The notes beneath the pieces are model-generated. The model made no database searches. It saw nothing but the letters and a program-made list of their open reading frames with translations, and was not told the origin of the DNA. A stretch of 64,000 bases of DNA from Eledone cirrhosa (lineage: Eukaryota). The DNA lies in NCBI GenBank assembly GCA_964016885.1, contig OZ024741.1:380990001-381054000 (forward strand). The letters run 5' to 3'. The translations under genes were made by a program, and so were the position numbers. Positions 62,296-64,000 of this stretch are shown here, in pieces; positions within the stretch are counted from its first letter, which is position 1, and every line of letters starts with the position of its first letter.

Positions 62296-62412
62296 CTTCC
62301 TGAAGAAATGCAATTATAGTTATTATGTATGATGTTAATAATTCATAATTCATTCTTTCCTGTTGTTTCATATGCATGTGCCATTGTAACCGTATTGAAA
62401 CGGACGTAGTAC
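62296..62412 (+). ncRNA. Degenerate hammerhead with long stem II
   Basis: CTGAAGA-aatgc..ttatagt....attgtaa..gtatt-GAAA-cggacg-TA, then AATAAA at 62414; stem I poor. Confidence 0.4.
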
Positions 62413-62669
62413 TAATAAAATGAATTTAAATTGTTAACCTTCGTATTTTGTCATATTCTATATATATATATATCGTCCATCGTTCAGAAATAGCCGTCGA
62501 AACGGCTTGAGCTCTGCCGTCGGGGTCATACATTTTCCTATTACCCACTCTACTATATTAAGTATTGAGTACTCTGGTGCGTTATGGTCCATCTGTTTCC
62601 TTACCACAACTCCTTCGTTATATATACATATATATATATGTGTGTGTATACATGCATATATATATATAG

Positions 62670-62835
62670 GTACAAGAGCATCGTGCTGCCGACAGTGCTT
62701 TATGCGAGCGCGACCTGGAAGAGTATGGCAAAAATAGAGAGACGGCTGATCGCTTTCCACCAGCGGTGCCTGCGAAGGATACTTCGTGTGTCCTGGCGCG
62801 CCCGTGTGTGAAACGAGGAGATCCTGCGGAGAGAC
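62670..62835 (+). pseudogene. RTE RT C-terminal fragment
   Basis: YKSIVLPTVLYASATW...FHQRCLRRILRVSW..V*NEEILRR. Confidence 0.8.
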
Positions 62836-63146
62836 GACTCGTGGACGTTACAGATATATATATATATATATATATATATATGGGATAACAAGTTATCGTT
62901 ATATGTGATCCACTTAGAGGTAGTCCGGTTAGAGTACTCCGTGTTGTGAGTGGTTTAAGCGTGCGGGTTAGTTTGACTCAACAAGATGCTTCCATAGTGA
63001 TGCAGCGAATTCGCGGTAGTTTCTATGCAGGTTATACTTGGAGTAATAATAGTTAAAGAAAGAAGAGTAACATGGTTGGCTGTACAATAAAGCCCTTATT
63101 GTACAGCCAACCATGTTACCCTTCTTTCTTTAGCTATATATATATA

Positions 63147-63274
63147 TTTTCTGAGGACGGCATGTATATGTGAAGGTATGTATATTTCCTCTGATAATTT
63201 GTAATATTTTTACATAGATCTATATTGATATACATAACCAACACATATATACATCCCAGAAACGATCGTAAAAT
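63147..63274 (+). ncRNA. Hammerhead with ~100-nt stem II
   Basis: ttt-CTGAGGA-[atgtatatgtg/cacatatatacat and ggtatgtatat/atatacataacc helices]-GAAA-cgatcg-TA-aaa; palindromic stem III. Confidence 0.5.
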
Positions 63275-63330
63275 GATGATTTTTTTAATATAAAGAACTT
63301 GTTCTTTGTGTTTATTACATTGTTTTTATT

Positions 63331-63441
<111 letters not shown>

Positions 63442-63474
63442 GTGTGTATATATATATATATGTGTGTATACTTT

Positions 63475-63620
63475 TTCTGCTTTTGGCACGGATCCAGCGA
63501 CTGGCTAGCGCATCACTGGTACTCTCTTTTGTTGACTCCGTGGGGATGAAGGGCAAGGTTGATCTCGGCGGGATTTGAGCTCAGAGCGTGGAGAGCCATA
63601 ACTCTATGCTGTAAAGCAAT
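63475..63620 (-). mobile_element. tRNA-derived SINE, diverged
   Basis: Reverse complement of the SINE family (ctggtac...ggatgaagggcaagg...ctcggcgggatttga). Confidence 0.75.
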
Positions 63621-64000
63621 TATAATAATACTGGACTGTAATACGATCAGCTTCAACTATACAAACTCTTGAAAGTCAACAGTTGACATAATCTTGTAAT
63701 CTTGTATCAGTAATGACGGTAATATATATATATATATGTGTGTGCGTGTAAGTGAGTAGAGTAGCGTGTGTGTGTGTTTGTTTGTATGTATGTGTTGCTG
63801 TGTGCGCGCATATGTATGCGTGTGTGTGTGTATGTCGTACGTATAAGTGTCAATAAGTGAGTTTTTTTTTTTTTTTTTTTTTTTTTGCGCGGGGACATAG
63901 AAATAATCGGGCTGGATGCCGATCGCGCAGTTAAACCACTGGGAGTGAAAAACCCCTAGCCCTTGTCAGGGCATTCTTCTAGGAGAAGGCATCTCAGGAA

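Noticed and set aside
63888-64000. Possible 5' UTR of an RTE element at the window edge
   Set aside because: Only a vague CTAGGAGAAGG resemblance, and it is truncated by the window.

Overview
Repeat-saturated, AT-rich animal DNA with no recognisable host gene. The tRNA-derived SINEs, Dong/R4 and RTE LINEs and huge (AT)n tracts resemble an octopus/cephalopod genome (inference). Mobile elements present: two near full-length restriction-like-endonuclease LINEs (R4/Dong type) beside (TAA)n, RTE fragments, mariner and Merlin/ISXO2 transposase relics, SINEs, and many Penelope-like element (PLE) pieces whose pseudo-LTRs carry hammerhead ribozyme (HHR) motifs. The main discovery is a non-coding 312-bp unit with a complete type I hammerhead (CUGAUGA...GAAACGCGUA, palindromic stem III, long extended stem I) and several hairpins. 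It forms a ~22-copy tandem array (31.8-38.8 kb) and a second insertion (59.5-60.8 kb). Both sit in (AT)n and have the same divergent inverted-arm architecture as the PLEs here, which suggests a PLE-mobilised retrozyme family that could produce ~312-nt circular RNAs. All calls come from reading the sequence by eye; relic boundaries are approximate.
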